A stretch of 64,000 nt of DNA from an uncultured delta proteobacterium (GTDB lineage: Bacteria; Myxococcota_A; Polyangia; Polyangiales; Polyangiaceae), in NCBI GenBank assembly GCA_963782055.1, contig CAWAIF010000003.1, positions 5,376,001 to 5,440,000 of the forward strand, read 5' to 3'. Shown here in pieces: positions 1 through 9,368 of this stretch. A model generated the notes under the pieces. It was not told the origin of the DNA. It ran no database searches and saw only the letters and a program-made list of their open reading frames with translations. Position numbers and translations under genes: made by a program. Positions within the stretch are counted from its first letter, which is position 1. Every line of letters starts with the position of its first letter.

Positions 1-1
1 A

Positions 2-766
2 CGCTGGACTGCGCGCGCGCGGTGGGCGCGCACCTACGTGCACGACCTCGAGCTCGAGGCGCTCGGGAGCCCGGGCAGGAAGAAGCCGTTGGCCGCAGGC
101 GACCCCTGGTTGCCGTACTTGCCCCGCCTTGCACCGAGCGTCGCCGTGCTGGCCACCAACGGCTGCCTCGCCTTCGGTACAAGAACCGGGACGATGATGC
201 GGCTCGCCGAAGCCCTCGCCGAGATGGTCGAGCCAGCGACCGCTCGAGAACTACTCCGGTACTGGGTGGAAGAAAGAGAACACCGCTCGGAGGACATTCA
301 CGTCGCAAAGGAGGATGTATTGGCCTTCGCCGACCATCTCATCGATGAGTGCTTCGCCGGGCGCGGAATCCCGGTACGCACCTGGGCGCTCGCCGAAGCC
401 GCGGTGAAGAAGCTGTATATCGCCATCGGCGCCGGGCGGGCGGCGCCGATGGCCCTGACGGAGGAAGAATGCCGTCGCGCAGCCTTTCACGTCCTGCGCC
501 TCTTCTACGAGGCTCGCCACGGCTGCATCGTCATCACGGCCGAGCAATTCGGTCTGGCGCTCAAGCGCGACGACATCGGCGGGCTACCGGTACGCCGCCC
601 GAACCAGGCCCGTGTGGAGAGCGTTCGGAAGGCGATGAAGCGACTGCTTCTCACCCAGACCAGGGAGCCCAACTACACGAGCGGCAAGGCTGGCGAGTAC
701 GAGCTCGGCGCCCCCTATTGGCCCCCACCCCCAAACGGCGAGCCGCTCCTCTACCAGCCGACTTAG
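2..766 (+). CDS. 5'-truncated hypothetical protein, possibly C-terminal part of a Rep/primase (PriCT-like helical region plus wHTH-like end)
   Basis: Frame is open from base 2; segment GTRTGTMMRLAEAL...ARELLRYW..HRSED resembles primase C-terminal domains; followed by a large inverted repeat. Confidence 0.4.
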   Translation, partial: RWTARARWARTYVHDLELEALGSPGRKKPLAAGDPWLPYLPRLAPSVAVLATNGCLAFGTRTGTMMRLAEALAEMVEPATARELLRYWVEEREHRSEDIHVAKEDVLAFADHLIDECFAGRGIPVRTWALAEAAVKKLYIAIGAGRAAPMALTEEECRRAAFHVLRLFYEARHGCIVITAEQFGLALKRDDIGGLPVRRPNQARVESVRKAMKRLLLTQTREPNYTSGKAGEYELGAPYWPPPPNGEPLLYQPT

Positions 767-815
767 ACATTGGACCCCCTCTTTTCCCGAAGTATTTCGA
801 CGAGACCGCGTCGAA

Positions 816-1016
816 ACGACGCCAGTAAATAGAAAGGCCCGTGTGGTCCCGGTGGGGTGTCACCGGTGTCACCGACATCTGCCCCCCCCTCCTCTGCAGG
901 ATTGTAGTCCGCTACCGGAGAGTGTCCCTCCTGAGTTCGGGAGACCCAGGAGGGCTCACCGCCTTGGGGGATGACTAGGCGGGGCGCACCCACGCCTTTC
1001 TATTTACTGGCGTCGT
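816..1016. repeat. 23-bp perfect inverted repeat enclosing GGTGTCACC x2 and a hairpin; candidate origin
   Basis: ACGACGCCAGTAAATAGAAAGGC (816-838) vs GCCTTTCTATTTACTGGCGTCGT (994-1016); inner hairpin CCCTCCTG (926-933)/CAGGAGGG (947-954). Confidence 0.85.
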
Positions 1017-1257
1017 CTGTGGAGCAACCCGCGAGGAAACGCCGAGAAAACGAGGGGCCCAACTCCGAAGTCGATTCGTCAGGGGAGGTGGGCTTGGCAC
1101 CCTTGGTTCCTCAAGAGCCCCCCTTCACGTTCGCCGGCTTCACCGGCCGGAGCGGGAAGAACACCGACGACCGTGCCGTGGTTATCGGGCACGGCCACAT
1201 TCTTGTACTCGTCGTCGTCAACACGGGAGAACGCGCGGCCGGAGCTAAGGCCTGGCC

Positions 1258-1587
1258 GTGTTCGGAAAGAAACGCTCGTTCCTATTCGAGGCGAAGAACT
1301 GGAGCTACTACTCACCGACAGTAATCGGCAAGGCGCTGCAGCACGACGCCCAGAAGCTGCGTGAGCTGGACACACGGAGGTCTCGCACGGGCTTCGCATT
1401 CCTGAAGAAGCCCTCGAGGTACTTGCTGCTCTTCGGGTACGAGGGCCGCGACGGGACGCATGACGAGCAGCTTTGCTCTGCCGCCGACGTCGAACTCGTC
1501 GGAAGTGCGCGATTTCGTGCGGCTGCCGGTCCGAGCCGGGAGATGACCATTTCATCATCACCGTGTTCGGGGTCACGTAGTGGTCGC
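1258..1587 (+). pseudogene. Possible degenerate gene remnant next to the intron insertion site
   Basis: Protein-like stretch FLFEAKNWSYY...YLLLFGY with an E-x-K motif; in-frame stop just upstream and no clear start. Confidence 0.25.
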
Positions 1588-1627
1588 ATTGGTAGATCCT
1601 TACACCTTGGCCGCCCTACGGCGGCGG

Positions 1628-3143
1628 GTCTCTGCTTAGCGGCCGGAAGACGGCCCGCGGCCCGGGCGTGACGTCGACCGTCGGAGGACTCGCCGGCTAG
1701 TGGGCAAAGACAGACGGAGGCGGCTTGCCGTGGAGGTGACTTTCGTACAGCCCGATGACGAAGCCCCGAAGCGGGAGCCGGCACTTGCGCCGCGTCTGCG
1801 TGATGCTCATCCAGTGCGCCAGGGTGGCGCTGCCGGCGGCCGAGCGCGTGCCGCCGGTCATCGCGCGGTGCCGCCCGTGGGCGCGGATGTCGCGTTCGGT
1901 CGCGTTGTTCGTGGCCGGGACGTCGGGGCGGTCGATGAAGAGCGTCACCCCCACCTTGTGCTCGTCGAGGCGCTCCTGCAGCCGGACGATGTCCGGGAAC
2001 TCCACGAAGTTGGTGCTGCTGATGAGATGGCCGAGGCGGATGCGCGCGCCTCGGCGCTGCTCGGGATCGCCGCTCGCCGCGGCCTGCTTGCCCGCGACGT
2101 AGAAGCCGATGAGTCGGTCGCGGAACTCCTCGGTCGCGGCGCACGGGGTGAGCTCGGCGATCTTCTTGGCCTCGCGGATGGTGTGCGCACCGCAGTAGGC
2201 GTGGGTCCAACCGTCGTGACTCGTGTACACGCCGTAGAAGTCGGTGCACAGGACGCCTTTGAAGCCCGCGCCGAGCATCGACTCGGCGACCCACGCGCCG
2301 CGCGACAGCTCGGCGCGGAAGACCGAGACGCGGTCGGTGCGCATCAGCCACATCCAACCCGGCACGCCGTCCTGTCGATGGCCGCTCTCGTCGAGGCCCG
2401 CCACGGGCGATGCGCGCACCGCGTCGACCAGCTCGTCGTAGCTCGGCGCCGAGCGGCGTCGCAATCGGTCGAACATCTGCGCCAGGCCGCCCGTCGTGAT
2501 CGAGATGCCGAGCCACTGTCCGAGGAACGCACGGATCTTGCCCAGCGGCATGTCCCGCTCGAAGCGCAGGTCCAGCGCCATCGCCTGCACGTTGGGGCCG
2601 AACGACACCGCGGCGACGCTCTTGCCCGCCGCCGGCGCGCCCGGCAGCTTCGCGACCACGCGCTTGTGGCACACCTCGCAGCTGCCGACGTGCGCCACGT
2701 GATGCGTCTGCCGCGGCTGCACCACTGGGATGTCGGTGACGACTGTGCTGTCCGTCTCGCCCGTCGCCACGACTGCCCCGCCACAGCTGCACGTCGCCGG
2801 CATCTCGTGCACGACTTCGTCGTCGACGTGGGCCGGTGCGGCGGGCCGCGATCCGACATGCCCCGCCTTGCGGCCGCGTGGCTTGCCCGAGGCCGCCCGC
2901 CGACCCTCGGAACGCGACGTCCGCCGCTTCCCGCGCTCCCGGAACCCGCGCTTCCACTCCTCGATCTCCTTGCGCAGCTTCGCCAGCTCTTCGCGAAGCG
3001 CGGCGTTCTCCTGCTCCAGCTCCTGGATCCGCTGCTCGGGCGTCACGTGATCCGGGATGCTCCCGATCAGGTCCCATGGAAAGAACTTCTCGCATCAGGA
3101 ACGAAGAATGGACCCACAGTGTGCGACACCGCTAAGCAGACAC
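1628..3143 (-). mobile_element. IS66-family element (single-ORF, ISBst12-like), 1516 bp
   Basis: Terminal IRs GT(C/G)TCTGCTTAGCGG (1628-1642 / 3129-3143); 8-bp TSD GGCGGCGG at 1620-1627 and 3144-3151. Confidence 0.95.
1697..3046 (-). CDS. tnpC: IS66 family transposase
   Basis: N-terminal coiled coil, GRKAGHVG, Cys zinc finger, DESG, TDFYGVY, CGAHTIR, TNNATERDIR. Confidence 0.95.
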   Translation of the reverse strand: MTPEQRIQELEQENAALREELAKLRKEIEEWKRGFRERGKRRTSRSEGRRAASGKPRGRKAGHVGSRPAAPAHVDDEVVHEMPATCSCGGAVVATGETDSTVVTDIPVVQPRQTHHVAHVGSCEVCHKRVVAKLPGAPAAGKSVAAVSFGPNVQAMALDLRFERDMPLGKIRAFLGQWLGISITTGGLAQMFDRLRRRSAPSYDELVDAVRASPVAGLDESGHRQDGVPGWMWLMRTDRVSVFRAELSRGAWVAESMLGAGFKGVLCTDFYGVYTSHDGWTHAYCGAHTIREAKKIAELTPCAATEEFRDRLIGFYVAGKQAAASGDPEQRRGARIRLGHLISSTNFVEFPDIVRLQERLDEHKVGVTLFIDRPDVPATNNATERDIRAHGRHRAMTGGTRSAAGSATLAHWMSITQTRRKCRLPLRGFVIGLYESHLHGKPPPSVFAH

Positions 3144-3230
3144 GGCGGCGGTTGGAGTCAAGACCCCCTCTCAAACCGTGCGTGCGGATTTCCCGCACAC
3201 GGCTTACCGGTGGTCTCTCGTGACGCGGCA

Positions 3231-4580
3231 TTACGCGGCCTCCGGGTAGCGGATGGTCCCGCGCAGGCGGTGGAGCCCGAAGCCTTCGACGAAGTAGTCG
3301 CGGGTCCAGCGCTCGGCTTGTCCGGCCTTGAGCTTCGAGCCGGCCCGTTTCAGGCGCAGCGCTCGAAGCCGTTCGTACACGTACTCGTCGAGTCGGTTGA
3401 ACTTCACGTCGGCGTTCCCGGTGCGAAAGTACTCGCCCCAGCCACGCAGCACGGGGTTGAGCTGCGCGACGACGTCGCGCAGGTCCGCGTGGCAGCATGA
3501 TCGCGGGGTGAGGTCCCTCACGCGCTGCCGGATCCGCTTCATCGCGCGAGCCGATGGCCAGCGCTGGAGGAAGTACACGCGTTTGCGCGACCTCTCCCAG
3601 ATGGACCCGCTCAAGCGTTTCCGCAGGTGGCAGCCGAGGAAGTCGAACCCCTTCTTACCCCAGGAGAGGTCCAGCTTCCTCGTCTTGTCCGGGTGCAGCT
3701 CGAGCCCGAGTCGCGTCATCACGTGCTTCACGCGAAGCTCGGCCTCGTCGACGTCACGCTTCGTCCTGCACATCACGACGAAGTCGTCCGCATAACGAAC
3801 CAGCTCGCCAAGATGCGCGCACCGCTTCGTCCACACGTCGTCGAGCACGGCGAGGTAGATGTTCGAGAGCAGCGGCGAGATCACCCCGCCCTGCGGCGTG
3901 CCGCTGGAGGGGTTGGTCACCGTGCCTTCGTCCATCACCCCCGCCGTGAGCCACTGCCGCAGCAGCTTGAGCACCCTCCGGTCCGAGATGCGCCGCTCGA
4001 CGAGCTTCATCAGCTTGTCGTGATCGATGCTCCCGAAGTAGTCACGGATGTCGGCGTCGAGCACGTGGTTGTACCCCTTCGCGCCGAGCTTCCTCAGCGT
4101 CTCCAGGGCGTCCGTCGCGCTCCGCCCGATACGGAAGCCGTACGAGCACGAGCGAAAGCTCGCCTCGAAGATCGGCTCCAGCACGAGCTTCGTCGCCATC
4201 TGCACCACCCGGTCTCGGACCGTCGGGATCCCAAGCGGCCGCTTCTTCCCATCGGCCTTCGGGATGTACCGGCGCAGCACCGCTGCCGGCCGGTACCTGC
4301 CTGCACGGAGCACGTCATGGATCTCTCCGAGGAGTCGATCCACTCCGTACACCTCGAGCGCCGCGATCGTCTGGGCATCGACGCCCGCGGCTCCCTTGTT
4401 CCTCCTTACCCGCTTCCACGCTTCCGCGAGGACGTCACGCCTCGCGATGCGGTCATACAGCGCGTGGAATCGGCGCTCCGGATGCCGCTTGGCCGCGGCA
4501 CACAGCCGGCGTTGCAGTTGTCGCACTTTGTCCATGGGCTGTCGCCGATGGGGGTGGTTGGGACCGGTCTCGCCGGCCAT
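3231..4580 (-). CDS. ltrA: Group II intron reverse transcriptase/maturase
   Basis: NKGAAGVD, RPLGIPTVRDR, GTPQGGVISPLL, RYADD, FDFLG, LNPVLRGW; start may instead be 4535. Confidence 0.97.
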   Translation of the reverse strand: MAGETGPNHPHRRQPMDKVRQLQRRLCAAAKRHPERRFHALYDRIARRDVLAEAWKRVRRNKGAAGVDAQTIAALEVYGVDRLLGEIHDVLRAGRYRPAAVLRRYIPKADGKKRPLGIPTVRDRVVQMATKLVLEPIFEASFRSCSYGFRIGRSATDALETLRKLGAKGYNHVLDADIRDYFGSIDHDKLMKLVERRISDRRVLKLLRQWLTAGVMDEGTVTNPSSGTPQGGVISPLLSNIYLAVLDDVWTKRCAHLGELVRYADDFVVMCRTKRDVDEAELRVKHVMTRLGLELHPDKTRKLDLSWGKKGFDFLGCHLRKRLSGSIWERSRKRVYFLQRWPSARAMKRIRQRVRDLTPRSCCHADLRDVVAQLNPVLRGWGEYFRTGNADVKFNRLDEYVYERLRALRLKRAGSKLKAGQAERWTRDYFVEGFGLHRLRGTIRYPEAA

Positions 4581-5160
4581 GCCCTCGCGCTTACCTGCTC
4601 CGCCGACACGACCACTGCAGGGGTCTTTCCCTCCTGCCGCGTTGTTCTTCACGGCGTTCGTTCGCGAAGCTCGCGCCTCGCTCTTCGGTACAGTGACCCC
4701 CTCGGACTCCCGCTGCGCAGCGGCCGACTTCGCCTCTGGCTTATACGACGCGCCTTGCCCCGACGAGGGCGACGCAGACGGGCCTCCCGAGTTCCGCACT
4801 CCTCCTTGCACGCGTGCTGCGCTCCCTACCCCGCCGGGACCGACGGCGCGTTTCGGATCTGGCGCCGCCGATATTGCCTTCGCCGCGACATGATCGGCTC
4901 GGCTCCCGGTTTGTAGATCTGACGAGGCTGCAAGCTTCACTTCATGTTGCGGCCCGCGTGCTCGCTCGGTCCGTGGACCCTTTCGACGCCCCGCTCGGCC
5001 AACGGGATCTCTCCCGCTCGGCTGGGGCCTGCTACCCGGCGCTCCGACGCTTACCGGTGCGGGACTCTCACCCGCTGGAGAAGCGCAGCTTGAGGCAGGT
5101 CGTTCGTCGGGCATGCCCGACGGACGACCTGCTTCTTCACGGCGCACCATGCGCGCAGCC

Positions 5161-5625
5161 CTACTCCGTCGGCGTCGGCTTCGACCTGTCCCTCGGTGAG
5201 GCTGCGGGGTTGGTCGCTACGCCCTCCCCGCGGGGCGGCTCCACCGATGGGGCCGGCGCGCTGACCTCACGGTCCATCGCGGCCGGGTCGACCACAACAC
5301 CCGCGTTCTTGAGCTTGTTCATGGCGACGCGCGCGGCGTAGGCCAGCCGGCGAAGTTCCGCTTCAACTTCTACAACGTCTTCTACTTCCGCCCGGCAGCG
5401 TGTGCCGTTCGGCATCGCGAGCAGCTTCGAGGGCGGGCGCGCTTCATCGCCGCGGAACATCGTCGCGGTGAGCTCGGCCAGGTGCTCGTAGATCAACGCT
5501 CGGGTCTGAGAGCGAACGAGCGCGCGCAGGACGGCGCTCAGAGGCTGCGGTGCCGATGGCGCCGCGGCCGGCGAAGGCGCCGTGGGCTTGGGGCGTGGCT
5601 TCGCCTTCTTCTTCTTCTTCTTCAC
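5161..5625 (-). CDS. Hypothetical protein with Lys-rich N-terminus
   Basis: GTG start overlaps the upstream TGA (GTGA); helical C-terminal half. Confidence 0.55.
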   Translation of the reverse strand: MKKKKKKAKPRPKPTAPSPAAAPSAPQPLSAVLRALVRSQTRALIYEHLAELTATMFRGDEARPPSKLLAMPNGTRCRAEVEDVVEVEAELRRLAYAARVAMNKLKNAGVVVDPAAMDREVSAPAPSVEPPRGEGVATNPAASPRDRSKPTPTE

Positions 5626-6113
5626 CCGGTCACGGCGGCGGCCCGCAGCGCCTCCAGCTGCTCCCTCAGCAGGGCGACGCGCGCGCGGTCCATCTGCAGC
5701 AGCGTGCTCACCAGGCGGCGGGCTTGCCGTCGCCGGCTCTCTTGCCTCCGCGACGGAACCAGAAGAAGGCGGAGCACTTGGTCTTCCTCGAGGCCGCCTC
5801 TGCGCCGGAAGTCGGCGCGATGCCGCTCCGTCTGCCGGCGGGTCTTGTAGCGGTGACAATGTCGGCATTTCAGGTGGCCCTTCCGAGCGAGGAGTAGATG
5901 GCACGGCAGGCGGCACGCCGGACACAGGATGGCGCGGCGGTGCCCGTGGCCGGCTGCAACATCGACGAGCTCTAGCCGGGCAGTCACCGGGGCGCCCGCG
6001 TCCGCCACGACAACGACGTCGACGTACTCTAGGTGTCCAAGCCGCGCACCGTAGGCGGCGCGAAGGTCCCGTGACCGCACCTCGCCCTTGCGGGGGACGA
6101 CAGCCTCAACCAC
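5622..6113 (-). CDS. Zn-ribbon hypothetical protein
   Basis: CPAC...CRHC..Y pattern; start overlaps the end of the upstream gene. Confidence 0.6.
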   Translation of the reverse strand: MVEAVVPRKGEVRSRDLRAAYGARLGHLEYVDVVVVADAGAPVTARLELVDVAAGHGHRRAILCPACRLPCHLLLARKGHLKCRHCHRYKTRRQTERHRADFRRRGGLEEDQVLRLLLVPSRRQESRRRQARRLVSTLLQMDRARVALLREQLEALRAAAVTG

Positions 6114-6633
6114 GAAGCCCGCCACGCGGAGCCGCCAAGAGAACGCGCTGGGCGCGTAGCCCGGCGATGGCGGACAAGCTGTTCTCGGTCCTGCGGCGCA
6201 CCGCCGTCGACAGCCCGAACACTTCCCGGGCCACCTTGGCCACATGCATGGCGAGCGCAGGGTTGTCCATCGTGCGCGCCAGCAGCGCGGTTGCCATCCC
6301 CTCGAGATTTTGCAGCTCGTGGCCCAGACCGACCTCGCCGGCGACAAGGTCCTCGAGGATGCGCTCGGCGGGGTCGCCGTCCGATTGGGCTTCGAGCGTC
6401 TCGCGCGCCCGCCGGGCCAACGTCAGGCTCGCGTCCGAGATGGTGAGATGCGCGAGGCTCACGGCGCGGTTGGAGCTGGCCGCACGCCGCTGCCGCTCCA
6501 GCTCGTTCGCCTCCTCGTGGGTCATCAGCTCCTGCGCGACCTCCGGCTCCGACGCGGTGGCGTCCACCAGCGTCACCTCTTCGGTGGCTGATGAGTTCAC
6601 CACCCGGAGTCCGGCGGTCCGTCGGATGCTCAT
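6106..6633 (-). CDS. Hypothetical helical protein
   Basis: ATGA overlap with upstream gene; plausible protein composition. Confidence 0.6.
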   Translation of the reverse strand: MSIRRTAGLRVVNSSATEEVTLVDATASEPEVAQELMTHEEANELERQRRAASSNRAVSLAHLTISDASLTLARRARETLEAQSDGDPAERILEDLVAGEVGLGHELQNLEGMATALLARTMDNPALAMHVAKVAREVFGLSTAVRRRTENSLSAIAGLRAQRVLLAAPRGGLRG

Positions 6634-7136
6634 GGGCGCCCCGCCGGGGAGGGGACCATGGGCCCCTCGTCGAGGAGGGTGGAGTAGGTGGCGAACTCGC
6701 GCGCCGCAGCACGTTCGGCCCCCTCCGCGCGGGCCTCCGCATCGTCAAGCGAGCGCCCCATGCCGGCCTTGTCGTCGGCCCGGCCCAAGAGCACCGGACG
6801 GCGGCGCCTCAAGCTGGCGCGGACGTGAGCGTGGTGCTCCTGACTTTGAGCGGCCAGGTCGCGGAGCTCGAGGATGTCATCGTCGGTAACCACCACCACC
6901 TTCGGGGCGACGGAACGCGCGCCCCGGCGCCACGCCAATGCATCCTCCAGCGTCGCCCCCGCCGCAAGCGCGAGCAGTACTTGTTCCACGCGCGCAAGTG
7001 CGCGAGCGGCGGCTTGCGGGTCGCGGACGTCGGGGAGCCATTCGGGGCCATGTTCACGCAGCTGCGTGAGCAGCCAGTGATGGATTGCCTCATCCGGAGA
7101 GGCCTTGGCGGGTGTGACCGATGTAACGTTTGTCAT
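6630..7136 (-). CDS. Hypothetical protein
   Basis: GGGAG RBS upstream; first gene of a coupled four-gene run. Confidence 0.55.
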   Translation of the reverse strand: MTNVTSVTPAKASPDEAIHHWLLTQLREHGPEWLPDVRDPQAAARALARVEQVLLALAAGATLEDALAWRRGARSVAPKVVVVTDDDILELRDLAAQSQEHHAHVRASLRRRRPVLLGRADDKAGMGRSLDDAEARAEGAERAAAREFATYSTLLDEGPMVPSPAGRP

Positions 7137-7197
7137 GTGATTCTCCCGTGAGTGTATTGTCCGCCGTGCACCACCCCGAAGGGAAGACGTGCTCTCT

Positions 7198-8712
7198 TCA
7201 TCTGGAAAGTAGAGTCAACGCTTCATCAAGGTGGCGCACGGCGTCTGCCCATCGGGCGGGCGCGCCCGCGCGGACCGACGCGGGGGGGTGACGCTCGTTC
7301 TCCTCGGCGAGTCGCTGGATGTCCTCCCGTACTGAGCGCAGCCGAGACAGCACGCGCCGCGTCCGTGGCCCATCCGGTCCTGCAGCCACCCTCGTAGGCG
7401 TCGTCGCTGGCTGGGCCTTGCCTAGGAGCGTGAGCGCCCCGCGCGCCGTGGGACTCCTGCCCTGCGCTTTCGTCGTCCTGAGGTAGTCCTCGAAGATGCG
7501 GGCCGGCACGCTCGCGAGCTGCTCGAACCTCGAGCACTCTTGCTTGGAAATGCCGAGGTCCGATAGTGCCGTCGCCTTCGGCGTCGTGAAATGGGTCGCA
7601 ACGTGCGACCTATTCCCCTTGCGCCCCGCCGGAGCCTGCGGGAGCTCCCGCGTGAGCTCGCCCAGTCGACGGCGAGCGCGCAGGAAAATCTCGTCGGCCG
7701 CCACACGCGCGGCCTCGGCGGCGAGTGCGGAGCGTAGGTAGGCGCGCACCGCGGCTGCGCGGTCCACGAGGTCTTTCGCCTCGGCCACATGGTGGCAGCG
7801 GACCAGTACGTCACGCGCCTGCTCGACGTGGGCGGCCAGCTCCTCTGGGCCCATGAGCACGAGCGCCGTGCTGGGCTGAGGCTGCGTATCGGCTTGGGCG
7901 GGCGGTGGCGATGCCGGCGTAGCCTGCGGCTCGGGGGAGGCCGCGGCCTCCCTGGCCGTGACGCTGGCGTGGAGTCGGGCAATCGCATCGCTCAGGGCGG
8001 GGGTCAGCATGATCTCTCGCATGTGCTCCGGGGTGTCGAGTCGCCGCCGCACTCCCTCGAGTACGCTGGGGTAGAGGGCGAGCAGGAGTGCATCGAGCTC
8101 GGCGCGGCGAGCTTGGCCGCCGCCGCCGCCGCGCTCAAGACCAACCCGTTCGTGCGTCAAGCTAACGAACCGCGCCATGTCCGGCGTGCGCTCGGCCACC
8201 GGGACCGCCCACTGAGTCAGCGGCGCCAGCTGGATGCCTTCAAGTCCATCGCGGACCGCGGCAGGAAGCCGGGGAGCGGGAGTCACGGTCGTGATGCTCT
8301 TGCCGTTCACCGTCATGGTGAACGTCTGGCGCGCCCATTGCGACGGGGGCGGACGCTCTGGGCCAACCGGCATCAGCCCAAGTGGAGGGGCCGAGCGGCG
8401 GGCGGCGGATGCTCGCAGCAGTTCCACGAGCGCCCGACGGGCACCGGGGTACGCGTCGACCACCTGCAGCCCAAACAGGTTCGCTGCGGCTACGTTACCG
8501 GCGCGCGTGTACGTCTCGAAGCGCTTGAACAAAGCGGGCAGGCCCAGAGGATAGTCGCCCGTCAGGTCCGCGGAGTCTTGGACGCGCGCGCGAATGAGGC
8601 GGACGAGCGGCTCCGCCTCCGCGGCGGCCGCGATGGTCTCGGCGACGCCCGTCAGCGCCGCGTCGGAGTCGCCGAGCGCGCCCCCTGGCGATGGGATGTT
8701 GTCGCGCATCAT
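7198..8712 (-). CDS. Hypothetical protein with a phage-type helical domain like that found N-terminal to phage MT-A70 methylases
   Basis: EAKDLVDRAAAVRAY...EIFLRARRRLGEL...LSDLGISKQECSRFEQLASVP..FE; no methylase motif seen. Confidence 0.55.
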   Translation of the reverse strand: MMRDNIPSPGGALGDSDAALTGVAETIAAAAEAEPLVRLIRARVQDSADLTGDYPLGLPALFKRFETYTRAGNVAAANLFGLQVVDAYPGARRALVELLRASAARRSAPPLGLMPVGPERPPPSQWARQTFTMTVNGKSITTVTPAPRLPAAVRDGLEGIQLAPLTQWAVPVAERTPDMARFVSLTHERVGLERGGGGGQARRAELDALLLALYPSVLEGVRRRLDTPEHMREIMLTPALSDAIARLHASVTAREAAASPEPQATPASPPPAQADTQPQPSTALVLMGPEELAAHVEQARDVLVRCHHVAEAKDLVDRAAAVRAYLRSALAAEAARVAADEIFLRARRRLGELTRELPQAPAGRKGNRSHVATHFTTPKATALSDLGISKQECSRFEQLASVPARIFEDYLRTTKAQGRSPTARGALTLLGKAQPATTPTRVAAGPDGPRTRRVLSRLRSVREDIQRLAEENERHPPASVRAGAPARWADAVRHLDEALTLLSR

Positions 8713-8741
8713 TGGCTGGAGTATGTATCACAATCTCCAAC

Positions 8742-9368
8742 ATGAAGCCATACACGTTCACGGCCGGGCAGGTGGTCGACCTCACCGGGATGAGCAAGCC
8801 GGTGCTCTCGGACCTCATCCGGCGCGGCATTCTTGCCCCGACCAGACATCGCGGGGCGGGCACGGGCGACAACCACCTCTTCGACACGGCGGACCTCCTC
8901 GGCATCGCGAGCGTCCAACGTCTTCGTCCGAAGGGCGAGACCACGAGCCTACTCAGAACCCTCTTCGAGTTCTGGCATTCCGACGAGGGCCTGCGTTTGG
9001 TCGACGGCCCGCGTCCCATCGCCGGGGTGGTCGTCATCGACGGCAAGGGAGTCTCCTTCCTGGCGGAGACGGACGTTGTGAGGCTGAGCGCATTGGTGAA
9101 GTCGGCGGCCTTCTACGTCATCGAGCCAAACAGTTTGGCGGAGGACTTGTTTGGCGACGTCGCGCACTTCCGCATGACCCACGAGCACATGGAGCCCTTG
9201 CCATCCGGACGTGAGCCGCGCCTCCGGCCGGCGGCGACGAAGAAGCCCCGCAAGGGCGGCGACACCAAGCCCGGGAAGAACAAGAAAAAGCTGCCCGCGC
9301 TGCTGCGTGAGTCCCGCGCGAAGTTGGAGACGAAGAAGCCCGGGAAGAAGAACGGGGGGAACAATTGA
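8742..9368 (+). CDS. MerR-like HTH DNA-binding protein
   Basis: FTAGQVVDLTGMSKPVLSDLIRRGILAP...HLFDTADL. Confidence 0.7.
   Translation: MKPYTFTAGQVVDLTGMSKPVLSDLIRRGILAPTRHRGAGTGDNHLFDTADLLGIASVQRLRPKGETTSLLRTLFEFWHSDEGLRLVDGPRPIAGVVVIDGKGVSFLAETDVVRLSALVKSAAFYVIEPNSLAEDLFGDVAHFRMTHEHMEPLPSGREPRLRPAATKKPRKGGDTKPGKNKKKLPALLRESRAKLETKKPGKKNGGNN

Larger units (their letters stand above)
1588..5147 (-). mobile_element. Group II intron (RT-encoding, no En domain), interrupted by IS66
   Basis: 5' GTGCG at 5147; domain V AAGCCGTGTGCGGGAAATCCGCACGCACGGTTT (~3172-3206) with AGC triad; 3' end ...GGATCTACCAAT at ~1588 (uncertain by 1-2 nt). Confidence 0.92.

Noticed and set aside
1079..1576. Minus-strand ORF as the intron's host gene
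   Set aside because: The spliced exon ATG frame stops after 5 codons and this ORF is low-complexity with no motifs
3231..4580. RT as retron, DGR or defence RT
   Set aside because: Group II intron RNA hallmarks (GTGCG, DV, DVI) and maturase domain are present; no TR/VR or msr-msd evident
5605..5622. (CTT)6 microsatellite
   Set aside because: Simply encodes a poly-Lys run
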